A program made the translations under genes and the position numbers. The notes below the pieces were generated by a model, which saw nothing but the letters and a program-made list of their open reading frames with translations, searched no databases and was not told where the DNA came from. Positions 10,097-18,848 of a DNA stretch of 64,000 nucleotides are shown piece by piece (position 1 is the first letter of the stretch; each line of letters opens with the position of its first letter). Where the stretch lies: contig JBGSMD010000026.1 in NCBI GenBank assembly GCA_041740355.1, positions 1 to 64,000 on the forward strand. Direction: 5' to 3'. The stretch is from Bdellovibrionota bacterium (GTDB lineage Bacteria; Bdellovibrionota_C; UBA2361; CALJRW01).

Positions 10097-11419
10097 ATGA
10101 CTATCGGATTTGACTCCTTGATACCAACCAGCCCATCGTCCTCTCCTGATAATTTTCTTTCAATAAATAGTTTCTCAAAGAAAACAGTAACAGTAGCTGA
10201 ATTTGCCAAAATATTTGGTTTTGGAAGTGCTTCTGAAGCCAAGACAGCATTGGCCATGTTTAAACATATCCCAGAGTATCCCCTACTTGCCGGCTCTTCA
10301 TTCCAAGTTGATATCGATCGCTGTGTAAGTGGCAATCATGTTCTCGATTTTTTAGTTGTGGATTCTAAAGGCAAAGCTTTATCTGTTGAATTTCATCCAA
10401 TCTGCTTGGATCGTGAAATGAAGTACAATGATCTTTATCGAAGATTTATGGATCTTACAGAAAAGTACAAGGATAAACATGTTGGAAGAAATGGAAGATT
10501 AATACAATCAGAAGATCATCGAATACCTGATATCTCAAGCAAAATGAAAGCGCTCCAGAAGGATATCTGTGAAAGATACTACATTCAAAAAAGAGCTAAT
10601 TATGTCCAAAACTCTAATTCTAGCTTAGTGCGAGAATCAACTTTTGTTTTAATAAAAGGAGAGCATGAACTATTAAAATTTATTAATCTATGGCAACCAA
10701 AATTAACCAAAAGTGAATTTGAAAATAAATCTTGGTCACAAAAATCGGTCGACCTTGCTGAATTTTTTAGAACAAATGCAAGAAAGCATGAATTTCATGC
10801 CAACTATCAACTTGCTTTTGATTACCAAGCTGTTACCAAAGATAAAACTAGAGTTATTAATATCTTTGAAGAAAGAGTGCTTAAGACTATAAATCAAACA
10901 CTAATCGGACTAAATGCAGAATTTGGCAACAGATATACAGGTAGAGTCGCAATTGATCACAGGTCGCCCGAAAGCTATATAAACTTCGCCCCTTTTCATA
11001 GCTTAGTAGTTAAACCACATGAGGTAAACCTAGCGAGAGATATTGGTCAAAAGTTAATAGTAGAAGATCCCTTCTTAAAACTTGGATTAGCTAGAAAGGC
11101 TCGTGATATATATACAGGTCAACAAATTTATGCTCGCTTTGAAAGCATACTCGGAGTCCTAGACAAAGATGATGCTGCTAAGTTTTTAGATATTCAGGTA
11201 GAGTTAGCTAAGTTTACCAACTATAAACGACTTCGCTGTTCTTTTAGTCACTCGCCTTTTGGTAACTTACCCACAAATAATTTTGTGCATGTAGCGAATG
11301 CTGAGGACCTTTGGAATCGAGTGATTTCCCCCTTAGCTGGCCCAAATATAAATCGTAACTACTTTAATCAGATATGGGATTACAATCAAGAATCTCGAGA
11401 AGCTGTAGCAAGCGTCTAG
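10097..11419 (+). CDS. Hypothetical protein, possible N-terminal PD-(D/E)xK-like domain
   Basis: 440-aa ORF; SEAK...FQVD...LDFLV...LSVEFHP pattern. Confidence 0.7.
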   Translation: MTIGFDSLIPTSPSSSPDNFLSINSFSKKTVTVAEFAKIFGFGSASEAKTALAMFKHIPEYPLLAGSSFQVDIDRCVSGNHVLDFLVVDSKGKALSVEFHPICLDREMKYNDLYRRFMDLTEKYKDKHVGRNGRLIQSEDHRIPDISSKMKALQKDICERYYIQKRANYVQNSNSSLVRESTFVLIKGEHELLKFINLWQPKLTKSEFENKSWSQKSVDLAEFFRTNARKHEFHANYQLAFDYQAVTKDKTRVINIFEERVLKTINQTLIGLNAEFGNRYTGRVAIDHRSPESYINFAPFHSLVVKPHEVNLARDIGQKLIVEDPFLKLGLARKARDIYTGQQIYARFESILGVLDKDDAAKFLDIQVELAKFTNYKRLRCSFSHSPFGNLPTNNFVHVANAEDLWNRVISPLAGPNINRNYFNQIWDYNQESREAVASV

Positions 11420-11654
11420 ATTAAGATATGAGTGAGTTGAGTTTAAGTAACTTAAATCAACCGACTGTGCTCTTTCAGCTAATGATATCACTTACTTAGT
11501 ATTACCACTGACCTAGCAAAAGTCTTTCGAACTTAGCAAATATAGATCTTTTTAAATGATAAATCCACCTCCGCACCGAAGGTTGCTCAAGGTCCACGAT
11601 TGTTGTGTTGTAGTAATATTCCACGCACTTCACCTAGTGTAGCAATGTTCCACG

Positions 11655-11718
11655 CCTGTCACGTCGTAGCAATGTTCCACGTAGAACATTCATCAAGATG
11701 TATTTTTGCGTAGACGGA
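11655..11718 (-). repeat. REP-like element with expanded loop, interrupting a parS site
   Basis: Arms CCTGTCACGTCGTAGC and GCGTAGACGGA match the REP family at 20436/62122. The flanks rejoin to TGTTCCACG^TAGAACA. Confidence 0.75.
11673..11688. promoter_or_regulatory. parS: parS site
   Basis: TGTTCCACGTAGAACA, close to consensus TGTTTCACGTGAAACA, upstream of parA. Confidence 0.85.
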
Positions 11719-11905
11719 TAGAACATTTATCAATATATATTTATATATGCTTTGCGGAGGTTAATAGAAAATTTACCTAAACGTATTGTTCCGCATACTG
11801 ATAGAATGATTAGTTATGACAGCGACACACTTAGATAATAATAAATATCAATTAAAACATGTTTTCGTTTGATTAATTAGATCAGATAGTTTAAAAATAT
11901 TCTCA

Positions 11906-12697
11906 ATGACAGAAATTATCGCAATTGCCAATCAAAAAGGTGGTGTCGGCAAAACCACTAGCACAGTAAATCTTGGAGCTGACCTTGCAATGCTTGGATT
12001 TCAAGTTTTAGTTATCGACTTTGACCCTCAAGGAAGTGCGACAAGTGGTCTAGGCGTGGATCTTCAAGAAGATGTGAAGGATCTTTTTGATATGTTTTTT
12101 GGGGAAGCAAACTTAACCTCAATCATTCTGAAAACAAAAATTCCCAATCTTTCCATTGCTCCAGCGTCCTCCGACTTAGTATCAATTGAGATTGAATTAG
12201 GAAAAACTCCTGGTAGAGAGTTAATCTTAAAGACAGAACTAGATAGTATTAAGAGTCGTTATGATTACATTTTAATCGATTGTCCACCATCTTCAGGTCT
12301 TCTAACTCTAAACGCACTAGGGGCAGCCAATAAGGTTTTAATTCCATTACAATCAGAATATTATGCCTTAGAAGGCTTAAGTGCCTTAATTAAAACAATT
12401 AATTTCGTTCAGGGAACTTACAATACCAAACTTGAAATCCTTGGTGTATTTCTAACTATGTACGATGCCAGAACTAATTTATCTGCTCAAGTTTGGGAAG
12501 AAGCGAAGAACCATTTTGGCGATAAAGTTTTTCTGACAAGAATCCCAAGAAATATTAAGTTGTCTGAAGCTCCAAGCCATGGAGAGCCAATAGCAATTTA
12601 TGCTCCGGAATCAAATGGAGCAGAAGCTTATAGAAGTTTAGCAAAAGAAGTAGCAGCAAGATGCCAAGGAACAATGGCTCAGGCTTCGAATTTATAG
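11906..12697 (+). CDS. parA: ParA/Soj partition ATPase
   Basis: NQKGGVGKTT deviant Walker A, DCPPS, EAPSHG. Confidence 0.97.
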   Translation: MTEIIAIANQKGGVGKTTSTVNLGADLAMLGFQVLVIDFDPQGSATSGLGVDLQEDVKDLFDMFFGEANLTSIILKTKIPNLSIAPASSDLVSIEIELGKTPGRELILKTELDSIKSRYDYILIDCPPSSGLLTLNALGAANKVLIPLQSEYYALEGLSALIKTINFVQGTYNTKLEILGVFLTMYDARTNLSAQVWEEAKNHFGDKVFLTRIPRNIKLSEAPSHGEPIAIYAPESNGAEAYRSLAKEVAARCQGTMAQASNL

Positions 12698-12707
12698 GAA
12701 TGTTCTA

Positions 12708-12770
12708 TCCGCCTACGCGCCCAAGCATCGAATAAATGTTCCACGTAGAACATAGCTTCGGCGTGACAAG
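12708..12770 (+). repeat. REP-like element with expanded loop, interrupting a parS site
   Basis: Arms TCCGCCTACGC and GCTTCGGCGTGACAAG. The flanks rejoin to TGTTCTA^CGTGGAACA. Confidence 0.75.
12737..12752. promoter_or_regulatory. parS: parS site
   Basis: TGTTCCACGTAGAACA between parA and parB, identical to the 11673 site. Confidence 0.85.
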
Positions 12771-12803
12771 CGTGGAACATAAAGAAATTTTAAAGAGTAA
12801 AAT

Positions 12804-13757
12804 ATGACTGAAACAAAGAAATTTAGAAAACCATTGGGCAGGGGACTTAGCGCACTCATCTCATCGCCAAGCGTGCAAACATCTCCTGAAAAACAGTCTG
12901 AAACAGTATCAAGATCAGAGGTAATCGGCACAATTTCACCAGTTCAAATTGATAGCAGAAATTCAATTCTCTATATTAAAATTGAGCAATTATCTCGCAA
13001 TGAAGCTCAACCAAGAACGGAGTTTAAACTTCCAGAGTTACAAGAACTAGCCGAATCCATTAAGCAACATGGCGTTATTCAACCAATTATAGTTCGCAAG
13101 GTAGACAAAAATAGCGAGCAATATCAAATAGTTGCAGGTGAACGTCGGTGGAGAGCAGCAAGTCTTGCGGGCTTAAAACAAGTCCCTGTAATCTTAAAAG
13201 ATCTTCCCGATAAAGACACTTTAGAAATTGCCTTAATTGAGAACATTCAACGTCAGAACCTAAATGCCGCGGAAGAAGCTCGGGCCTATCAAGCATTAAT
13301 GGACGAGTTTTCCATGAACCAACAAGAAGTTGCTGACAAAGTAGGGAAGAGTCGCAGTGCTATAGCTAATTTTGTCCGGATTCTAAACCTAGTTCCTGAA
13401 GCTTTAACAATGTTGGAAAAGGGCGAAATTAGTTTAGGTCATGCTAAGGCCTTACTAACAATTAAAGAACCCTCTGCTCAACTTAATCTTGCCAAAAAAA
13501 TCATTGCCGAAAGTTTATCAGTAAGAGCATTAGAAGAAATTGTTGAACGTAGCGTGCAAATTGAAAGTCGAGGGAAAACCAAAAATCGCATTGCTCCTGC
13601 TGTGGGGTATTCTGATTTAGAAAACAGATTAAAGAATATGCTTGGCACAAAGGTTAAAATTAAAACTAACAAAAAGGGCACTGGCTCTATACAAATCGAA
13701 TACTACTCGGAAGCAGAGTTAGGAAGAATTATCGATCTTGTTGAAAATAAAAATTGA
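12804..13757 (+). CDS. parB: ParB/Spo0J partition protein
   Basis: LGRGLSALI, QPR, VAGERRWRA, ENIQRQNL, HTH. Confidence 0.97.
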   Translation: MTETKKFRKPLGRGLSALISSPSVQTSPEKQSETVSRSEVIGTISPVQIDSRNSILYIKIEQLSRNEAQPRTEFKLPELQELAESIKQHGVIQPIIVRKVDKNSEQYQIVAGERRWRAASLAGLKQVPVILKDLPDKDTLEIALIENIQRQNLNAAEEARAYQALMDEFSMNQQEVADKVGKSRSAIANFVRILNLVPEALTMLEKGEISLGHAKALLTIKEPSAQLNLAKKIIAESLSVRALEEIVERSVQIESRGKTKNRIAPAVGYSDLENRLKNMLGTKVKIKTNKKGTGSIQIEYYSEAELGRIIDLVENKN

Positions 13758-13834
13758 CTTTGAGTTCGATAAGATTAAAATACATAAACTAGATTTAGCT
13801 AATATTGACGGCATCAAAGCTTATCTTAGCACAA

Positions 13835-13953
13835 ACCGTTTTGCGTTTGAGCGGAGGTCGAATTAAAAAGCTTAGCAAAAAAGCAGGCGTACTTCAGTAC
13901 AGCGAGTATTTTGCTAAACTTTTTCTTTCGAGATCTGCCAAAGACTAAACGGT
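13835..13953 (+). repeat. ~120-bp palindromic hairpin element, copy 1
   Basis: ACCGTTT...AAACGGT ends; core GCAGGCGTAC-TTCA-GTACAGCGAG; homologous to 21404-21529. Confidence 0.8.
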
Positions 13954-13974
13954 GATTATTTTGGAGTAAAAATT

Positions 13975-14430
13975 ATGAGTTTCGGATTTGGTAAAGCAGA
14001 AAATAATGATTCAACAACTAAGACTGTAGCTGATTTTCAGATTAGCCCCAAACAGGTAAATAACAGCACTCCAACTGCCAATCAGGAAGTGTACATTGGA
14101 AATGGAACTACTTTAGAAGGTAGCTTTATCTTCGAAGGTCCAACATATTTAAATTGCAAAATAGTAGGCGACATCAAAGCAAAAAACATGCTGAAGATCG
14201 GACCTGAAGCTGAGATTCGCGGGCAAATCGAAGCAACCGAAATTAGTGTTTCTGGAAAGTTAGAAGGAAACATTATTGCTAGTAAAAGCATTTCATTAGA
14301 AAAACCAGCTGAAGTAAAAGGGGACTTGCGTGCTCCTAAAGTTAGTATCAGTGAAGGTGTTATTTTTAACGGTCAGTGTTCTATGAAATCTCCAAGTGAA
14401 ATTGTCGATCTAAAGATGGGCACTCACTAG
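13975..14430 (+). CDS. Bactofilin (polymer-forming cytoskeletal protein)
   Basis: IGNGTTLEGSF...GQIEATEISVSGKLEGNI...GVIFNGQCSM beta-helix pattern; located after parB. Confidence 0.92.
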   Translation: MSFGFGKAENNDSTTKTVADFQISPKQVNNSTPTANQEVYIGNGTTLEGSFIFEGPTYLNCKIVGDIKAKNMLKIGPEAEIRGQIEATEISVSGKLEGNIIASKSISLEKPAEVKGDLRAPKVSISEGVIFNGQCSMKSPSEIVDLKMGTH

Positions 14431-14440
14431 ACCTCTCAAA

Positions 14441-15445
14441 GTGCAGCTAAAGCTAAATAAAATCCAAATTTTCTCAATCACTATTGGCGTAATCTACGGG
14501 ATTACTTGCCAATTAGCTGGCAGACAACTACCCATTTCTAGCTTGGCAAGCGAGCTTTTTGTTGTGATGTCTTTTGGGTATGTTTTTGTACTACCAATTG
14601 TTTTGGGAATACTTAGCGTAGCATTCGCGACAAAGGAACAACAGAAATCATGGGACTTTAGAATATTCAATCCTATCTGCACTGTTGCACTCAGCCTGTT
14701 TTTCTCAATTTTAGTAGGCTGGGAAGGGGCGATTTGCGCTACCATGGCTTTCTTTATTTACTTACCTCTTGCTGCACTATCTGGTACTATAACCGGCTTA
14801 ATATTATCAAAAAGGGAAAGTAATAAACTATCTACTAGCTTGCTAGTAATAATTCTTTCACTCCCACTAGGTTCAGCCTATTTAGAGCAGTACTTCGAAT
14901 TACCTTCAGCAATCAGCAAAGTAAAAACAAAAATTTCTATTGAGGCACCTGTAGCTAATGTTTGGCAGAACATTATTCGCGTTCCAAAGATCACCGAGGA
15001 GCTTGATGGATTCTTTTATAAAATGGGTTTTCCAAAACCCTTGGAAGCAACCCTTTCCTACGAAGGCATTGGGGGAGTAAGAGAAGCATCATTTGAAGGT
15101 GGATTATTATTTATTGAAACAGTTGCTGTTTGGAAAGAAAACGAAGAGCTATCTTTCACAATTGTTTCAGATCCAAAAAGCGTTCATCCAACAACTTTAG
15201 ATGAACATGTTGTAGTTGGTGGTCGATACTTCGATGTCTTTCGGGGAACCTATCGCATCGAAAAAGTTGATTCCCAAAATGTTATCCTACACCTTTCTAG
15301 CGACATTAGAGTCTCTACTCGTTTTAACTTCTACTCCGGAATGTGGGCAAATTTCCTGATGAAAGATATTCAAAACACTATCCTTAAGGTTATTAAGCAG
15401 CGAGCTGAAAAGCCAATAATGCAAAAACTAGCACATATTTATTAG
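14441..15445 (+). CDS. Membrane protein with C-terminal SRPBCC/START-like domain
   Basis: About 5 N-terminal TM segments followed by ISIEAPVANVWQNI...GIGGVREASF. Confidence 0.75.
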   Translation: MQLKLNKIQIFSITIGVIYGITCQLAGRQLPISSLASELFVVMSFGYVFVLPIVLGILSVAFATKEQQKSWDFRIFNPICTVALSLFFSILVGWEGAICATMAFFIYLPLAALSGTITGLILSKRESNKLSTSLLVIILSLPLGSAYLEQYFELPSAISKVKTKISIEAPVANVWQNIIRVPKITEELDGFFYKMGFPKPLEATLSYEGIGGVREASFEGGLLFIETVAVWKENEELSFTIVSDPKSVHPTTLDEHVVVGGRYFDVFRGTYRIEKVDSQNVILHLSSDIRVSTRFNFYSGMWANFLMKDIQNTILKVIKQRAEKPIMQKLAHIY

Positions 15446-15555
15446 AGCTAAGAGCCTGATTATATTTTACTAATCTTACATACAAACATTGTTTTGATTT
15501 AGTCCTTTATCCATGATAAACCCACAGTCCGACTAAATTTAGTACTAAAACAATT

Positions 15556-16935
15556 ATGACTCCAGCACCTACTCAGGCTCCGGCAAACTCCTCTTCAGAA
15601 AATCCACTTCACCAAGCACACCTAACTAGAGTTCATGTAATGACGCCTTCAGAACTTAATCCGATGATACATTACGATCGCTTAGCAATCGAAGCTCAGC
15701 ATCGTAAGATTCTTGCACAAGCAAAAAAAACAAAAAATGATTCAATTAACTTAATAGCAACAGGAAGAGTTGAAGTCGGACTTACTTACAGTGATGTTTT
15801 ACTAGAGCCAGTATCACTTAGCAGAGCAACGTCACGCTTTGATGCGAAATTTGATACCAGTTCACTATTAACTAAAAACCTAGTTGTTCCAAATCCATTA
15901 GTTCCAGCTAACATGATGACCGTATTCTCAGAAGGTTTACTAAGAACATTGATTGCGGAAAATCCTAACATCGTATTAATCGCAGATCGTTTTCCAAAAT
16001 CACTTTGTGGAAATCATAAAGATCACCTAATCACAGAGTTATCCTCTGAGTGGCAAACAGCAATTTCAGAACGTTTAGCAATTGCACCTAAAAACCTAAT
16101 TCAGTCACTAGGAGTTGATGCATTCAAACGAGAGCCAGAAAAGTACATTAGCCAAATTCAAGCAATTGCTTCAGTTGGAATCGCAGGATTTTGTATCGAT
16201 ATTGCTCATGGCTCAAATCAAACTGCGCTCAACTTATTAAAAGCAATTAAAAAGGTTCTTCCGAATATCAACGTAATTATTGGTAATATTGCTACAGTTA
16301 CTGAATATCAGGATTGCGTAAAAGCTGGCGCTGATGCTGTGAAGGTAGGAATTGGTCCAGGAGCAATGTGCAGCACACGAGCAATCGCAGGAGTTGGATT
16401 TCCACAACTATCAGCCTTAGCCCGTATTTGGCCGGCAAGACTATTAGCAGGAGTTCCGGTGATTGCAGATGGTGGAATTCAATGTCCAGGAGACGTCAGT
16501 AAAGCCTTGGTATTTGCAGATACCGTTATGATTGGTGGTGAATTTGCAAAAGCTCAAGAAAGTGGTGCTTTCACCGTTCCTGAACTGATTGAAGTTGCCA
16601 AGCGCTTTGACACCGGATGTCGGGCCCAACAAATTATTGAGGCTAAGATCAAAGAGTGTCCGGATCCAGCACATTTTAAACTGTATGCCGGCCAAGCATC
16701 TGAATTCTTTCAACTAATCTACAATGGTATCCTTAGAGAAGGAGTTACTCCAGAGGGTGAAGCCAGATGGAGAGATTGTCCAAGAGGAATTGTTGAGATT
16801 TACAATGAATACTTAACAGCACTTGCAAGTAGTCTGTCTTATCGCGATTCTTTCTCAATAGGTGAGGCAAGACCAAAGAGCGTCTTTATTGGAGTAAGTG
16901 CTGGTGGCGGTCACAGGGAAAACGGTGTTAGATAA
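15556..16935 (+). CDS. IMP dehydrogenase / GMP reductase family protein (no CBS domains)
   Basis: GLTYSDVLL, IDIAHG, GNIAT, KVGIGPGAMCSTR (catalytic Cys), IADGGI, VMIGG. Confidence 0.85.
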   Translation: MTPAPTQAPANSSSENPLHQAHLTRVHVMTPSELNPMIHYDRLAIEAQHRKILAQAKKTKNDSINLIATGRVEVGLTYSDVLLEPVSLSRATSRFDAKFDTSSLLTKNLVVPNPLVPANMMTVFSEGLLRTLIAENPNIVLIADRFPKSLCGNHKDHLITELSSEWQTAISERLAIAPKNLIQSLGVDAFKREPEKYISQIQAIASVGIAGFCIDIAHGSNQTALNLLKAIKKVLPNINVIIGNIATVTEYQDCVKAGADAVKVGIGPGAMCSTRAIAGVGFPQLSALARIWPARLLAGVPVIADGGIQCPGDVSKALVFADTVMIGGEFAKAQESGAFTVPELIEVAKRFDTGCRAQQIIEAKIKECPDPAHFKLYAGQASEFFQLIYNGILREGVTPEGEARWRDCPRGIVEIYNEYLTALASSLSYRDSFSIGEARPKSVFIGVSAGGGHRENGVR

Positions 16936-17037
16936 TTATTAAAAACGTCCTTAAGTCAAACATGCCTTTGGGACAAGTAAAATTCCATTCAAGAAAGCAT
17001 ATCCTTTGTTTTAAGTGAGTTAAATGACCTGCTTAAG

Positions 17038-17065
17038 TTGACTTTTTAGTCCCATAGAATATAAC
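17038..17065 (+). promoter_or_regulatory. Candidate promoter of the atp operon
   Basis: TTGACT-16 bp-TATAAC, about 35 bp before the first atp gene. Confidence 0.4.
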
Positions 17066-17100
17066 TGGGCGCAACAATTTAAGTAATTAATACCATCCAA

Positions 17101-17691
17101 ATGTCTGCTAAACATTCCTCTTCTGCCGCCAAAAAAGGACACCCAATTCAGCAAGGTATCGTTTTCTTAGTAATCCTTATTATTATTGAAGCTGTTATTT
17201 TCATGCTTCCACCATCCGCAATGAAATTTGCCGAGGAGTCACTGAAGCTTACTCCTACAGATTTAATATTTATTCCTATTGGTTCCTTCCTATTCTTCGT
17301 TTTTTGGAAATTAATGGAGAACGCAGTTTTTGATCCATTTCTTGCTTTACATGAAGCCCGTGAAGCAGCTACAGAAGGCAGCCAAGAACTAGCTCTAGAA
17401 AAACTTGCCGAAGCTACTCGTTTAGAAAACGAAGCAGAAGATCAAATAAACTTAGCTCGTCGCGATGCTGTTCAAGAAAAAATGTCCCAAGTAGCGGAAG
17501 CTAAAAAACAAGCATCTCTAGTTATTACAGATGCCGAGAATCAAGCAATGCAGAACAGTGAGAGAGCAATCAAAGAAGCTGCAGATAGAATTACAAAATT
17601 AAAAGCAGACCTTGAAACACAAGCAGGCCAACTTGCCGGAGACGTAGTTGATAAACTTAAATCTGCTCCACAAATTGCTAACGGAAAATAA
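17101..17691 (+). CDS. atpF: ATP synthase F0 subunit b' (with extra N-terminal hydrophobic segment)
   Basis: TM followed by FDPFL..HEARE and a long Ala/Glu coiled coil; first gene of the atp operon. Confidence 0.85.
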   Translation: MSAKHSSSAAKKGHPIQQGIVFLVILIIIEAVIFMLPPSAMKFAEESLKLTPTDLIFIPIGSFLFFVFWKLMENAVFDPFLALHEAREAATEGSQELALEKLAEATRLENEAEDQINLARRDAVQEKMSQVAEAKKQASLVITDAENQAMQNSERAIKEAADRITKLKADLETQAGQLAGDVVDKLKSAPQIANGK

Positions 17692-17697
17692 TCATTT

Positions 17698-18279
17698 ATG
17701 AAAAACAAAACATTTTCTAAAATTTGCCTTCTGGGACTGACACTTTTATTAATTGAGCCTACTAGCGCTTGGGCCGAAGGTGCACATCATGGACCAACTC
17801 TTACAATCATGTGGATAAACTTTCTGATCTTTGCAGCCGGAATGTTTTTCATTATGAAAAAGCCCTTAGTCCAAATCTGGAAAAGACGTGTTTTGGATCT
17901 AGAAGAAAGCATTTTGAAAAGTGAGCGTGAACTAGCTAAGGCTGAGGATCGACTAAACACTGTAAAATCAAAAATCGCTAATGTTGCTAGTGATGTTGCT
18001 AAAATTCAAGCTAACATCAATGAAGAAACAAAACATGAAAGTGCCAGAATCAACCAACAAGCACTTGAGCAAAAATCAAGAATAATAAAACAAGCTGAAG
18101 CTTCTGTTGAATCAGAAATTAAAGCTGTCGAAAAATCTGTTAAGTCTGAATTCGCCGTTAAGGTTTGTGAAATTGCCAAGGGTCGACTTAAACAAGAATT
18201 CACAGCTGATAATGACCGAGCCTACCGTACTGCTAGTCTTGCCGGCTTAAACTCTTTAATCAAAAACAAACATGTCTAA
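17698..18279 (+). CDS. atpF: ATP synthase F0 subunit b
   Basis: WINFLIF...KKPL...KRR followed by coiled coil. Confidence 0.88.
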   Translation: MKNKTFSKICLLGLTLLLIEPTSAWAEGAHHGPTLTIMWINFLIFAAGMFFIMKKPLVQIWKRRVLDLEESILKSERELAKAEDRLNTVKSKIANVASDVAKIQANINEETKHESARINQQALEQKSRIIKQAEASVESEIKAVEKSVKSEFAVKVCEIAKGRLKQEFTADNDRAYRTASLAGLNSLIKNKHV

Positions 18280-18814
18280 GATTGTTTCTAAATCTGCCCG
18301 TAAACTTACTAAAGCTCTTTTTGCTAGCTGTCAGCCAGAAGCATTGTCTAGTATCGCTGATACTCTTGATGCACTTAGCCAAGCTTGGAATAATGATCCA
18401 ATGATCACTAGTTTTTTTGGCAACCCTGCAGTAATTCTAGATAATAAAAAACAAGTTTTAAATTCCTTGTTAGCAGAATTAGATAACACTGCTGTGTTTA
18501 ATAACTTCGCGAATATTTTATTAGATAGTTCTAAGCTTAATTTACTTCCAGAAATCGCACTGGAATTTCGTAGTCTTTACAACCATTTCTTAAAAAGCCT
18601 TGAGCTATCAATCACAACAGCATCAGATATTTCTGAGCAAGAAAAAGAAGAAGTTGTGAAATACTTAAAACAGAATTTTGGTTCAACTGTACAAGTTGAA
18701 TGGCAAAGCAATCCAGAAATTATTGGAGGGTTCGTAGTGAAGTCTGGTGACCAACTACTTGATAGCTCCATTAGTGGAGCTTTGGAAAAAATAAAAATAT
18801 CTTTACTTAGTTAG
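18272..18814 (+). CDS. atpH: ATP synthase F1 subunit delta
   Basis: NPEIIGGFVVKSGDQLLDSSI. Confidence 0.93.
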   Translation: MSKIVSKSARKLTKALFASCQPEALSSIADTLDALSQAWNNDPMITSFFGNPAVILDNKKQVLNSLLAELDNTAVFNNFANILLDSSKLNLLPEIALEFRSLYNHFLKSLELSITTASDISEQEKEEVVKYLKQNFGSTVQVEWQSNPEIIGGFVVKSGDQLLDSSISGALEKIKISLLS

Positions 18815-18848
18815 ATTATAGCTAAATTTACTTAATACAGGAAAAACA

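Noticed and set aside
11720-11900. oriC near parAB
   Set aside because: AT-rich, but no TTATCCACA-type DnaA box cluster and no dnaA/gidAB in the window
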